Translations under genes and position numbers: made by a program
The notes under the pieces: generated by a model
What the model was told of the DNA's origin: nothing
What the model saw: the letters and a program-made list of their open reading frames with translations, nothing else
Databases searched by the model: none
Part shown: positions 8,052 to 17,615 of the stretch, one piece after another
How the letters are laid out: the number at the start of each line of letters is the position of its first letter
How positions within the stretch are numbered: the stretch's first letter is position 1
Virus record (IMG/VR): IMGVR_UViG_3300030397_000629
Origin: a virus
Strand: one strand, 5' to 3'
Length of the DNA stretch: 64,000 nt

Positions 8052-11000
8052 ATGGCAACAGAAAAGGTTGCAATACAGCTAAGAATTTCCAGCCCTGACG
8101 CAAGAGGCACTGCAAAAGAACTTGCAGCAGTTGAGTTGCAGATTGAGCAGATAACAAAGCAGTTAAAAGAAGCAAAGAAACAAGCAGACGGTGACACATA
8201 CGCACGCCTGAGAGATGAGCAAATAAAACTGCAAAGTGAGGGTGTAAAGCTGCGCAAGGAAATAAGAGACCAACAGCGAGCTTTTAGAGAGCAAGAATTT
8301 CCAAGTGACTCTATAATTGGACTGAGGCGGCAATACAGATTGCTCAAGCGTGAGATTGACGGCATTGGTGAGTCAGACCCGAAATTCGACCGGCTTGCTG
8401 ATGAGGCAGCAAGAGTTGCTGACCGCATCAATGAACTCAACAAGCAAAGCGGCTCATTCAAGGATAACATTGGCCGATATGAGGAAAGCATTGGCTCAGC
8501 ACTTGACGCAACAAGCGGCTTTTTCTCAGGCGGCGGCATCAGTGCACTTGCAGGCGGTCTTGCAGGCTCAGTGCTTGGCGGCGGCTTTCTCAAGGCTGCT
8601 GAGCTTGCCATTGATATGGGTGTAGCGGTTGCAGAGACCGTTGACGAGGTGCGAACGCTCAACAGGACTGTCAGACAGCTTGCAGACGTCACAGAGGGCG
8701 CTGAGGGCGCGATTACAGCACGGGCGCTTGCAATCGGCAGAACGTTTGACAAAGATGTAAACGAAGTATTAAAACAAGCTGACAAGCTCACAAAGGACTT
8801 TGGCATTTCTTTTGAAAGGTCATTCAACCTTATACAGACCGGCTTACTTGCGGGCGCTGATTTAAATGGTAACTTTTTAGATCAATTAAGAGAGTACCCG
8901 GCTTTGTTTGCAGAAATTGGCGGCAACGCTGACCAATTTGTTTCAATACTTACTCAGGCAGAAATTGAGGGCGTTTTTGCTGATAAGGCAATTGATGCTG
9001 TTAAGGAATTTGGTTTGAGCGTCAGAGAAATGACAGACGCAACGGCTGAGGCATTTACATCAATCGGTATTAGTCAAGATCAAGTTGCACAAGATATTGA
9101 GGACGGCGGTATTATCAAGGTGCTTGAGCGCACACAAATGCAGTTGAATCAATTTCGTGATGACTCGCCTGAGGTCGGCAAAGCTCTTGCTGATATATTC
9201 AGAGGCGCAGGTGAGGACGCTGGCATTAAGTTCTTGCGCACGGTTGACCTTTCTGCTGAGGGACTTGAAAACCTCATTGACCTTTCTGATAAGACGGTGC
9301 AGAGACAGCTTGCTCAGATTGAGGCAAATGAAATGCTTGCTGAGAGTCAGACAAGATTTAATGCAGCACTTGGTGAAACAACTTTCTTTGTTGGCTTCTT
9401 TGAGAAATTAAAGGCAATTGGCTTTGAGGTTTTAACCGGCATTATTCAGCGTTTCAAAGTTATCAGAAATATTGTGCTCACTCTCTTTGGCGCTGAGGAC
9501 TTACCTGTTACTATTTGGGAAGTAATCGCAGAGGATGCGGCAACAGCGGCAAAAGCTCAGTCTGAGCTTGAGAAAGAGCGCAAAGAGCAAGAGAATGAAG
9601 AGCAGAAAAGAGCAAGTGCAGAGCAGGCAAGAATTAAAGCAAGGGAAGAGGCGAAGAAAAGAGAGCGTGAGGGTGAAATTGGCTCAATTAATGAACTTGA
9701 GGCAAGGTTGCAAAAACTCAATGAGACGCTGAGTAAAACAGCAGACATTGACACAAGGGTAAAGCTCAGCTTGGAAATAGAAGATGTTGAGGCACAAATC
9801 AGAGAGCAGCAGGCAGTGCTTAGGAATGCCCTTGACAATCTTGACGGCGGTGCTGCTGTTGGTTTAGAGAGTATTGGCAACCAAGAAACTGAGCTTTTTG
9901 GTAAAATAGCGGCAGAGCAATTTGTCAAAGGTGCTGTTGCAGGCATAGAAGAGGATGACAGCTTTATTGAGGCTGTTGGCAATCAATTTATACAGGCTCT
10001 TGGTTTAGAGTCAGCGGCAAGAGAGGAAGCTTTGAGAAAAGAGGAAGAGCTTTTAAAAGAGCTAAGAGAGAAAGGTGACGAAGAGTTTAAAAAGGCGCAA
10101 GAGATAAGAAAAGAGCGGCGGCAGCAAGACCTTGAAGAGCAGCAAGAGTTTGAAGAGAAACGGCTTGCGATTGTATCAACAGGTTTTGAGCAGGCAGGCA
10201 AGCTTTTAGGCCAGTTTCTTGTTGAGGGGCAAAAGGGATTTGATAAATTTTTCCAAGGCTTTGTGTTGACGCTATTGGGAGTTATCGAAAAAACAGTCTT
10301 GTTATACACTGCTCAGATTGTTGCAAGAGAGATTGCAGAAAAATCTTTTGCGGGTATTGCAACAAGTGCCCTGCTTACGGGCCTTGTCAAGGGTTTCTTT
10401 TCAGCGATAAAAGCACAGGTGCGGAACTTATACGAGGGCGGGCAGGTCATGCCGGTCAATCAAGAGCAGTTGCAGCTTGTTCAGGCTCAGTTAATGGGTG
10501 CGGGCAAGGTTAGAGGCTCGGCAAAGAATAAAGTGCAGCCAACGAGCAGAGGCGGTGACAACGTTCTTGTCAGGCTCAAGGTTGGTGAGGTTGTAATGAA
10601 TGAGCGGCAACAGGCAAGGCTTGAGCAAGTTGCAGGCGGCGGCATTTGGAAATATTTAGGTATACCCGGCTTTAATACAGGCGGCAGAGTAACTGACCCC
10701 AAAAGCGGGCATGTAGCTGACCCCAAAAGCGGGCATGCCTCAACTCAAAGTAACACGAATGTCAGCAATGTGACCACATACAAAAGAGGTGTGTCAATAT
10801 CAAAGGTGACAAGCATGTTACCCGGCTTTAACACAGGCGGCATAATTGGCGGCGTGCCCTCAACCGTGAGCGGCAACATACCCCAAATAATTAACCCGTC
10901 AACATTTGAGACTCAGGCAGCCGCTCTTGACACTGAGGTTACACTCAGCAATGAGCAAATAATGATGTTTGCAAGTGTGGTTGCAAGCGAGACTGCAACA

Positions 11001-11078
11001 GCAATCAGAGAAGAGATTGAGATTGAAAACAGAAGAGCAGAAAATCAAAAGATTTTGCAAGAAAGTTTATCTAAATAA
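8052..11078 (+). CDS. tail tape measure protein
   Basis: 1008 aa, Ala/Glu/Leu-rich helical, N-terminal coiled coil, C-terminal YEGG...GGDNVLVRLKVGEVVMN and GFNTGG motifs; precedes tail-tip genes. Confidence 0.9.
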   Translation: MATEKVAIQLRISSPDARGTAKELAAVELQIEQITKQLKEAKKQADGDTYARLRDEQIKLQSEGVKLRKEIRDQQRAFREQEFPSDSIIGLRRQYRLLKREIDGIGESDPKFDRLADEAARVADRINELNKQSGSFKDNIGRYEESIGSALDATSGFFSGGGISALAGGLAGSVLGGGFLKAAELAIDMGVAVAETVDEVRTLNRTVRQLADVTEGAEGAITARALAIGRTFDKDVNEVLKQADKLTKDFGISFERSFNLIQTGLLAGADLNGNFLDQLREYPALFAEIGGNADQFVSILTQAEIEGVFADKAIDAVKEFGLSVREMTDATAEAFTSIGISQDQVAQDIEDGGIIKVLERTQMQLNQFRDDSPEVGKALADIFRGAGEDAGIKFLRTVDLSAEGLENLIDLSDKTVQRQLAQIEANEMLAESQTRFNAALGETTFFVGFFEKLKAIGFEVLTGIIQRFKVIRNIVLTLFGAEDLPVTIWEVIAEDAATAAKAQSELEKERKEQENEEQKRASAEQARIKAREEAKKREREGEIGSINELEARLQKLNETLSKTADIDTRVKLSLEIEDVEAQIREQQAVLRNALDNLDGGAAVGLESIGNQETELFGKIAAEQFVKGAVAGIEEDDSFIEAVGNQFIQALGLESAAREEALRKEEELLKELREKGDEEFKKAQEIRKERRQQDLEEQQEFEEKRLAIVSTGFEQAGKLLGQFLVEGQKGFDKFFQGFVLTLLGVIEKTVLLYTAQIVAREIAEKSFAGIATSALLTGLVKGFFSAIKAQVRNLYEGGQVMPVNQEQLQLVQAQLMGAGKVRGSAKNKVQPTSRGGDNVLVRLKVGEVVMNERQQARLEQVAGGGIWKYLGIPGFNTGGRVTDPKSGHVADPKSGHASTQSNTNVSNVTTYKRGVSISKVTSMLPGFNTGGIIGGVPSTVSGNIPQIINPSTFETQAAALDTEVTLSNEQIMMFASVVASETATAIREEIEIENRRAENQKILQESLSK
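10693..10737 (+). repeat. 21-bp direct repeat with 24-bp period in TMP (DPKSGH x2)
   Basis: CTGACCCCAAAAGCGGGCATG at 10693 and 10717. Confidence 0.9.
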
Positions 11079-11092
11079 TTAACCGTTAAGCA

Positions 11093-12235
11093 ATGGCAGT
11101 ATCATTGACAATACAACCGCCTCAAGTAAACGGTCTTGATGAGTGCCTAAACTTTGGCCTTTTCTTAGATGATCCGGGCAGCGGAACAATAAAAAAGTCA
11201 GTTGCATACAGGCTGACGGGTGACGGGCAAGAACTAACTGAAATTGAGTTCATGCCGTACACAGGGCAAACAGAAGAGTTTGAGGCTGCCGGTGAGCTAA
11301 GAAAAATTGTATCAACAACTATACCAACACCCGGCTCAAATGTAATTGTGCAAGATTCAAATATATTGAAAGTGTACTCTCTTGCATACGGTGAGCGAAC
11401 ACTTGACACTGAAACTTGCGACGTTGTAACCAACCTGAGCAGCAACTCACCAAGCTTTAGAGTTATAAACTCGCGTTTGCAGTATCACAACTACATTGAT
11501 TTTTCAGCTAACTCACCCGTTGTTTTATCCGACAAACCTGAGCGTTTGCCTATGTCATTTGATCAAGATGACTGGCTTTATATTTACGGCAACGGCAACA
11601 TTGATGTCAGAGTTACGGTCTATGACTCAGCAGGCAATTTGCTGCTAAACCAAATAGAGACAGTAAGCGCAGGGCAGCAGGTTTTTATTTTTCCTGTTGG
11701 CGGCAATAACTCATTTTGGGCAATGCCAACAAATGCGTCATATTATGATATATCTGTTGGCTCAGGCGCAATGCGTGTTTACGCAGTCAGATACATAATG
11801 GGCGCAGGTTGCACAGAGGAAAATGAATACACGGATATAATTTTTCAAGAACCGGCAGGCGGTTACTCTTCTTTGAGATTTGCAACACCTGTTACATTCT
11901 CACAGGTTGAAAGCAGTATCTTTGAGCAGAGACGAGCAAACTGCCCAACAAGCGGGCCTGAGCTTGCACAAAATTGGTATAACACAAGGTATGATATAAA
12001 AGCAGCTAAACTTTGGACGCTGCAAGGCAGTATACCTTGGGCGGTAAATATTGACAGATACCTTGATGCTTTTGTGCAGGCACCTCACCACTACATAAAA
12101 GCAAGGGTGAGAGCATCAGGTCAGACCGTTTACCATAAAGTCAACATACAAAACGGAAGTTATCAAACGCTAAACGGCACACAAGATGTGCAAGTTAATG
12201 CAAGTTTTAGAAGTCATCACGGAATGAAGGCATGA
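11093..12235 (+). CDS. tail-tip (distal tail-like) structural protein
   Basis: 380 aa beta-rich, directly after TMP; assignment by synteny. Confidence 0.6.
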   Translation: MAVSLTIQPPQVNGLDECLNFGLFLDDPGSGTIKKSVAYRLTGDGQELTEIEFMPYTGQTEEFEAAGELRKIVSTTIPTPGSNVIVQDSNILKVYSLAYGERTLDTETCDVVTNLSSNSPSFRVINSRLQYHNYIDFSANSPVVLSDKPERLPMSFDQDDWLYIYGNGNIDVRVTVYDSAGNLLLNQIETVSAGQQVFIFPVGGNNSFWAMPTNASYYDISVGSGAMRVYAVRYIMGAGCTEENEYTDIIFQEPAGGYSSLRFATPVTFSQVESSIFEQRRANCPTSGPELAQNWYNTRYDIKAAKLWTLQGSIPWAVNIDRYLDAFVQAPHHYIKARVRASGQTVYHKVNIQNGSYQTLNGTQDVQVNASFRSHHGMKA

Positions 12236-15216
12236 GTTGTTGTAATTGCTTAAAAATAAAGGTATTATCTGATGTAACAGTTTTGTTACCTCAATGGGAT
12301 TCAGGCAACGGTGCTTATGTTGACGTTGACGGTGACACAGGCATTGAGTTTTCAAAAGCTCTTGCTGAGCTTAACGACACAGGCAGGATAAATGACGAGG
12401 CAGCACTCAGGGTTTCTGTGCCCGCAACAGATAAAAACCTTGTGCTCTTCAAGGCAATACATAATCACAACCTTGTTGAACCTGACTTTAACCCGCTGCA
12501 AGTACTTGTGCATGAGGGCAGCGTCACGCACAACCTTGACTCATTGCAGGCAACAGGTTACACTGATGCCGGGCAGCGCATTGAGTGCGAGCTTAAAAGG
12601 TCAGTCAGGCATTGGCTTGAGTTTGCAGGCAACACTTTCCTCAATCAGATACCTATTGCAAGCGTTGAGTTTACAAAGGAAAACCTTGAGAATATTTGGG
12701 CAAACAATTTTGTTTACAATGACGGTGACGATGGTGTTTATTTTCCTCTTGTGAATTACGGCGGTTGGCTCAAGCCTAATGAGGTTGTTGTTGAGGATTT
12801 CAGACCTTGGATAAATCCTTTAAAAATACTGCAAGAGGGTTTTTGCTTGGGTGAGTGGAAATTTATTTGTCCTTGGCTTGAAACAACGGCAGGGCGGCAA
12901 TTGTCGGTTTATCCTTATGGTGCAGGGTACGGGCAGCAAGATTTTTTAATTGATGAAAAGCGATTCAGGGCACATGTTGGCGCTGAGGACTTTGACCCGC
13001 TGCTCTTTTTCTTTCCCGTAATACTGCCCTTTGGCACTGAGGACTATGACCCTAATGACGTATATGACAACAGTAGTTACAAATATATTGGCAGTTATGT
13101 CATTGCAACTTTCCGGTCAACATTTACAATTGCCTTTGCGTCAACATCAGGCAGTTACTCTGTCAACTGGCTTGCCGCAATTGTGCGTGAAAACGCTGAC
13201 GGCACTGTTACTGTTCTTGACGAGGAAACGGGCACAATAACTGACCCCAATATACAAACCTTAACCGTCAACCTTGAGGCAAGAGATGTGACCGTTTACG
13301 GCGGCCAAAAGATTTATGTGTATTGGTCAAGCAACGGCGCTCACACTGTAACTGCATTGACTGGCTTTTTTGAGAACGCACCAACAAGGCGCATATTTGA
13401 GGCAGGTGAAACAATTGACGTTGGTGCCTTAATGGATGCACAGACAACTTTGCTTGACTTTTACAAGGCTTTTGTGCACATGTGCAACGGCAAAACTCAC
13501 ACTGATTGGCTTAACAAAACTGTCACCTTATACACCCCATACGAAGAGCAGTATTTTGACGAAACTGTTGAGGGTTTTTATCTTGATGAAATTGAGGTTA
13601 TAACCGATATAATCAGCCAAGACAGTGAGCGTGTGACCCTTGACCGTATAAGTCAAAACAGGTACATCAGATTGCAGTTTAAAGAGTCATCTGATGAGTT
13701 CATAAAGATAAGAGGACTTGAAGAGGTTGAGCCTCTGTTTTCAAAGCTCATTGACTTTGGCGAAGATGCACCAATTAAGGAAATAAAGAAAGAAGAAAAC
13801 CCGCTCTTTGAGCCAACGGTCACAGCTATCATTGACAAGTTTCCTGCCCTTATTCCTGAGATAACAACGTATAACGTTGACATACCTCACTTATGGGATA
13901 ATGACGAGAAAAAAGTGAGTTATGATTTAGGGTTTAGAATTGTCAGGCTTGAGGGATTGGTGCGACAAATAGAAAGCGACACAGGCAACAACACCTCAAG
14001 GCGGTGGCGCTTTGAGGGCGAGACAAAGCAAGAGGTGCCATATTCCTACCAAGTGCCCGGCGTGCAATTAGGCGAGGGATTCCCAACAACACCAATTGAC
14101 CTTGACACCTCTGTTGTTTACGGTGAGGATGAGAATGACAACGATTTTTACAATTTGGGTTATAGGAAAGAATACAACCGGCGCTCAGTGTTTGCAAAGT
14201 CAAGCTTTGACGGGCAAATTACAGCAAGGTTGTACAAGCAGTTTGACTTTAGGCGGGCCTTTATAATAAAGTACAACGGGCGCACATTCTCAGCACGTAT
14301 GCTGAGCATTAGCAACAGAACTGCTTGCAGTGACAGACCGGCAACAATGCTTTTCAGACCTGAGATATTTGGCGAAATTGATTGTAATGACAAGCTCACT
14401 ATATCTGACCCTTGTATAAACTTTGCAAGCATAAAGGGCGGCGTCAATGCCGCAAACAACACTGCAAGCGCAACTGCAAGCAATGATGATTTCAACAGCG
14501 TTGTTGATTCTGAAACTTGGGAGTACACAACAGACGGCTCAACATTTACACCTTACACACCCGGCGCTGACGTTTCTTTTGGCTCTTCAAACATCATTGT
14601 TTTCTGCCGCACAATAAACTTTGCAGATGCATGCCCGCCTTTGCGTGTGTGCCGCACGTTTAACATTGAGGACTTTTGCGATGACACAAGCGATATAAAA
14701 GCAGACTTTGTGCAAGTCATTGGTCAGCCGGGTGAGGTCTCTGCTATTGCTGACCCTGACGATGACATAACAACACCAATTGCCTCTGATGTGTGGCAGG
14801 TGTCAATTGACGGCGGCGCACTTCAAGCGTACACACCCGGCACCACAATAACAGGGTTTTCAGAGAGCGTGCTTTTTATCAGGACGATAACATTTCAAAA
14901 CGCATGCCTGCCTCTTGTTACACAAAGACTTGTGACCGCTGACCCGCCTGTTACTGAGAATTGTGACAACTCATTGATTGAGATTGTAATGACAGAGACC
15001 GCACCAAGCTCTTGCTTTTGGGTGCCCTCAATTGGCGGCGTGACAGACTCAGTGCCTTGCTTTGTGAATTGGCAAGTATCAACTGACGGCGGTGTTACTT
15101 TTTCAGATTGGGACAAGCACCCTATTGCGGGCACAGAGAACACAGTCGTAAAAGCCTTTGTGCAGTTCTGTGATGATTGCCCGCCTATAACCGTTGTAAA
15201 GCCTTGCCCGTTTTAG
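12232..15216 (+). CDS. tail hub/central tail protein with C-terminal Cys-containing repeats
   Basis: 994 aa; YFPLVNYG, DFRPWINPL and LLDFYKAFVHM hub-like motifs; three W..S.DG repeats with Cys pairs. Confidence 0.65.
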   Translation: MSCCNCLKIKVLSDVTVLLPQWDSGNGAYVDVDGDTGIEFSKALAELNDTGRINDEAALRVSVPATDKNLVLFKAIHNHNLVEPDFNPLQVLVHEGSVTHNLDSLQATGYTDAGQRIECELKRSVRHWLEFAGNTFLNQIPIASVEFTKENLENIWANNFVYNDGDDGVYFPLVNYGGWLKPNEVVVEDFRPWINPLKILQEGFCLGEWKFICPWLETTAGRQLSVYPYGAGYGQQDFLIDEKRFRAHVGAEDFDPLLFFFPVILPFGTEDYDPNDVYDNSSYKYIGSYVIATFRSTFTIAFASTSGSYSVNWLAAIVRENADGTVTVLDEETGTITDPNIQTLTVNLEARDVTVYGGQKIYVYWSSNGAHTVTALTGFFENAPTRRIFEAGETIDVGALMDAQTTLLDFYKAFVHMCNGKTHTDWLNKTVTLYTPYEEQYFDETVEGFYLDEIEVITDIISQDSERVTLDRISQNRYIRLQFKESSDEFIKIRGLEEVEPLFSKLIDFGEDAPIKEIKKEENPLFEPTVTAIIDKFPALIPEITTYNVDIPHLWDNDEKKVSYDLGFRIVRLEGLVRQIESDTGNNTSRRWRFEGETKQEVPYSYQVPGVQLGEGFPTTPIDLDTSVVYGEDENDNDFYNLGYRKEYNRRSVFAKSSFDGQITARLYKQFDFRRAFIIKYNGRTFSARMLSISNRTACSDRPATMLFRPEIFGEIDCNDKLTISDPCINFASIKGGVNAANNTASATASNDDFNSVVDSETWEYTTDGSTFTPYTPGADVSFGSSNIIVFCRTINFADACPPLRVCRTFNIEDFCDDTSDIKADFVQVIGQPGEVSAIADPDDDITTPIASDVWQVSIDGGALQAYTPGTTITGFSESVLFIRTITFQNACLPLVTQRLVTADPPVTENCDNSLIEIVMTETAPSSCFWVPSIGGVTDSVPCFVNWQVSTDGGVTFSDWDKHPIAGTENTVVKAFVQFCDDCPPITVVKPCPF

Positions 15217-15260
15217 TTCGTAAGTCGTCTTATTTTTCTATAACTGAGATTATTTAAAAA

Positions 15261-15300
15261 GGGCGCTCATTCATTACGATTGAGCGCCCTTGTTTACTTT
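15261..15300 (+). terminator. terminator ending the tail operon
   Basis: GGGCGCTCA/TGAGCGCCC stem with T-rich tail and A-run upstream. Confidence 0.7.
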
Positions 15301-15397
15301 GTTTTTAACGGTTAACTAATTGATAAGTGGCATCCAATTAACCAAAGTAATACTGAGGTTATTATTAATACCCGCATCAGTTCAAATAAATGAGGTT

Positions 15398-15583
15398 TTA
15401 TTTCTTGCATTTCAATAGTTGCTTTATTTTGTTTACACCTGCTCTGGCTTTTATTCTGAGCACAACAAGCTTGACGGTTAAAACTACCATGAGCAAACCC
15501 CAATAAAAAGAAAGGGTGCCGTAAATCCAAAGTTGCAGGTTTATGAAAATCCTAATGATTGCATCAATTACCGGCTTTCTCAT
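15398..15583 (-). CDS. small membrane protein
   Basis: 61 aa with one long hydrophobic segment and basic C-terminus; overlaps upstream stop. Confidence 0.5.
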   Translation of the reverse strand: MRKPVIDAIIRIFINLQLWIYGTLSFYWGLLMVVLTVKLVVLRIKARAGVNKIKQLLKCKK

Positions 15584-16145
15584 TGGCTGCTTTTAGTTTT
15601 GGTAAATAATCATTGTGATAGTCACGGCAAGTTTCCAGCAAAAACCCTTCATCAATCCTTATGCGAGCGCCTGAGCAGACTTTTGCAAGGCAATCGTCAG
15701 AGTTTAGCACTTTGCAGCGAAACAAGAACAGAAAGCATGTGAGCATGATGTCAGCCTTGTTGTAGCTTCTCATTAGCTCTTGGTAATTCAAGTCATTAGA
15801 CTCATTGAGCATTGGCGGTGCAGGCATTCTTTTTGGACGCTCTTGAATTGGCATGCCCGGCATAATGCCTTTTATTTGTAAAAATGCAACTGTGTCAACG
15901 AGGTCATTGATGTCAATGCATGCAGCAACAATGCTGAGCGTTTGCCGGTCAACTTGATCATTGGGCACGCTGTAAAGAAATAGCTGCTCAAGGGCACGCT
16001 CTTTGATAATCTCTCTTTCTCTTTTCTCTGCCTCTTCTTTGGTTAGATGCAAAGAGCCGTCAGATGCCTCAAAGCTGTCAACTTTCCTTATTTGCAAGGT
16101 TGGCGAGACCTCAATTAATTCTGCCTTTAAAGTTTTCTTTTTCAT
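15564..16145 (-). CDS. hypothetical protein
   Basis: 193-aa ORF; FEASDGSLHLTKEEAEK motif common in small phage proteins. Confidence 0.7.
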   Translation of the reverse strand: MKKKTLKAELIEVSPTLQIRKVDSFEASDGSLHLTKEEAEKREREIIKERALEQLFLYSVPNDQVDRQTLSIVAACIDINDLVDTVAFLQIKGIMPGMPIQERPKRMPAPPMLNESNDLNYQELMRSYNKADIMLTCFLFLFRCKVLNSDDCLAKVCSGARIRIDEGFLLETCRDYHNDYLPKLKAANEKAGN

Positions 16146-16147
16146 GA

Positions 16148-16630
16148 TTACTTTTCTTTTAATTTTACGTAATAATCAATTGAGTCAACAAGTTTGTCAC
16201 GTATTACTTGCTTACCCTCTTTTGAGCATGCAACTGTGTCGCCGTAATACCAACTGAAAGTCTCATCAAAAAACATTTCTTTCACTTGCTCAGGACGCCA
16301 ATTGTGAAGGATTGTTCTAGCCATCACGTAAACGGTTTGCTGAGCAAGATTATCTTTTCTAAAGTGCAGAGTCAGGTGCTCTTTTTTAGACTTTTTAATA
16401 TCAGCCGCATTGTGCTCAACAATCCAAGCTAAAAAGTCATGAGGTATTGTATTAGCCTTTATTAAATCAATACACTTTGACCAAAAGACAATGTTGTTAA
16501 TCTTGAAATTTTCTTTTATCCAAGTCTCAGCCTCTTGCATTTTAGGGCATGTCTCAATGTTTTTTTGGTCAACTTCTTCAAGCTTTTTTACCATGTAAAG
16601 CCAAAGTTTAAGGTTTGAATTTTCTTGCAT
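16148..16630 (-). CDS. hypothetical protein
   Basis: 160-aa ORF, CAACCGTTAA motif upstream. Confidence 0.7.
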   Translation of the reverse strand: MQENSNLKLWLYMVKKLEEVDQKNIETCPKMQEAETWIKENFKINNIVFWSKCIDLIKANTIPHDFLAWIVEHNAADIKKSKKEHLTLHFRKDNLAQQTVYVMARTILHNWRPEQVKEMFFDETFSWYYGDTVACSKEGKQVIRDKLVDSIDYYVKLKEK

Positions 16631-16668
16631 CGCGTTTGAATTTTTAACGGTTGTTTAATTGATTTTTA

Positions 16669-16749
16669 GCGGTCAGAGGCGGCGCACAGTCCTCTTTGAT
16701 ATTATGCACCCGTTTTGATCATTGTGGCCTTGGTGCAATCAATAACCGC
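16669..16749 (-). ncRNA. putative structured RNA element
   Basis: minus-strand pairings GCGGTTA/TGACCGC, TTGAT/ATCAA, TGCACC/GGTGCA, AGAGG/CCTCT in an intergenic gap. Confidence 0.4.
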
Positions 16750-16753
16750 CGTT

Positions 16754-16865
16754 GAGCAGGGAAAGGTTTTGAACCTCAATTGTCACAGTGCAAAGCACCT
16801 TTTCTTTCTTACTCTTGGCGGCACTTAGGCCCGCCCTCATTGCCTGAAAAGGCAACTCACCTGCT
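16754..16865 (-). ncRNA. tRNA-like (non-canonical cloverleaf) RNA
   Basis: acceptor AGCAGG/CCTGCT, D-like stem TTGCCT/AGGCAA, anticodon-like stem GGCGG/CCGCC, T-loop GAGG-TTCAAAA-CCTT; oversize variable region, no CCA. Confidence 0.5.
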
Positions 16866-16896
16866 GATTCCTTAAAATATAGTTAGTTAACGATAA

Positions 16897-17280
16897 TTAA
16901 TAAAAGTAGGCATGAGCACAAACCAACCCGGTTGCTTGATCTTTTGCAACGTTTCTCACCCTCACTTTCTCGCCGCTCGTCAATACAAACTGCTCTGTGC
17001 CTATCTTCTCAAGTTGCTCTGTGTAGTCTCTTTTTAAAAAGTAAGTAGAATCGTAGGCAATCTTGCCGCCAGTGTACTCGTCTCCATACCAAACATGCTT
17101 TTGATAAAGTGAAGGCGTTGGACTTGTGTCGAAAATTTTTATCACAGGAATCCTATCGTAAAGCTCAGTAAAAGCCTTTATTTTCCTTTTCAGGTTTGGA
17201 ATGTCTGTCAATGGGAAAGAAAAAAGAGAGTTGTCAACTATAAAATGTTGCGCTGATTTAAAATGAGTTCCGTTTTTCAT
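16897..17280 (-). CDS. hypothetical protein
   Basis: 127-aa ORF directly below the repeated promoter at 17292. Confidence 0.7.
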   Translation of the reverse strand: MKNGTHFKSAQHFIVDNSLFSFPLTDIPNLKRKIKAFTELYDRIPVIKIFDTSPTPSLYQKHVWYGDEYTGGKIAYDSTYFLKRDYTEQLEKIGTEQFVLTSGEKVRVRNVAKDQATGLVCAHAYFY

Positions 17281-17291
17281 TACTTATGTTT

Positions 17292-17350
17292 TTAATCGTT
17301 AACTATCAATTACAATACAAACATACTAACAAAAATGTTACCGTGCAAGT
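17292..17350 (-). promoter_or_regulatory. repeated early promoter unit with operator
   Basis: CAAACATA on + strand (TATGTTTG on -), CTAACA-AAAA-TGTTAC 17326-17341, TGCAA -33. Confidence 0.8.
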
Positions 17351-17370
17351 TTTTGACGAAAAAGTTGAAA

Positions 17371-17400
17371 ATAAAAAAGGCTGCTCTCTTTGGCAGCCTT
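17371..17400 (-). terminator. terminator insulating the leftward promoter
   Basis: AAGGCTGC/GCAGCCTT stem with T-run on the minus strand. Confidence 0.55.
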
Positions 17401-17615
17401 CAAGTAAACGCGACTTTTTAATGCAGGATAGAAAAAATGAGTGGGTTGAAGAACGAAGACAAAAAACAATCTTATGTAAAAACGACCAGTACAAATATAA
17501 CAATTTTTGTAATTATTACCAATATGGCGGCATAAATATGAAAAAATTACAATTACACTCATTTATTTTTTAACGGTTAAGTGACTTGAGTTACTTCTTT
17601 CTATATTTTTGAAAT

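Noticed and set aside
8048-10726. Long antisense ORFs over the tape measure gene (e.g. 8048-8827, 9557-9982)
   Set aside because: Ser/Leu/Ala-rich shadow frames produced by the codon bias of the sense gene
16754-16865. Functional tRNA-Leu(UAA), amber suppressor or tRNA-Sec
   Set aside because: 9-nt anticodon loop without U33, oversize variable region, mismatched stem ends and no TCA anticodon; kept only as tRNA-like
17286-17573. ORFs 17286-17573 (+) and 17306-17562 (-)
   Set aside because: They overlap promoter, operator and terminator elements in an AT-rich divergent intergenic region; sequences look non-coding
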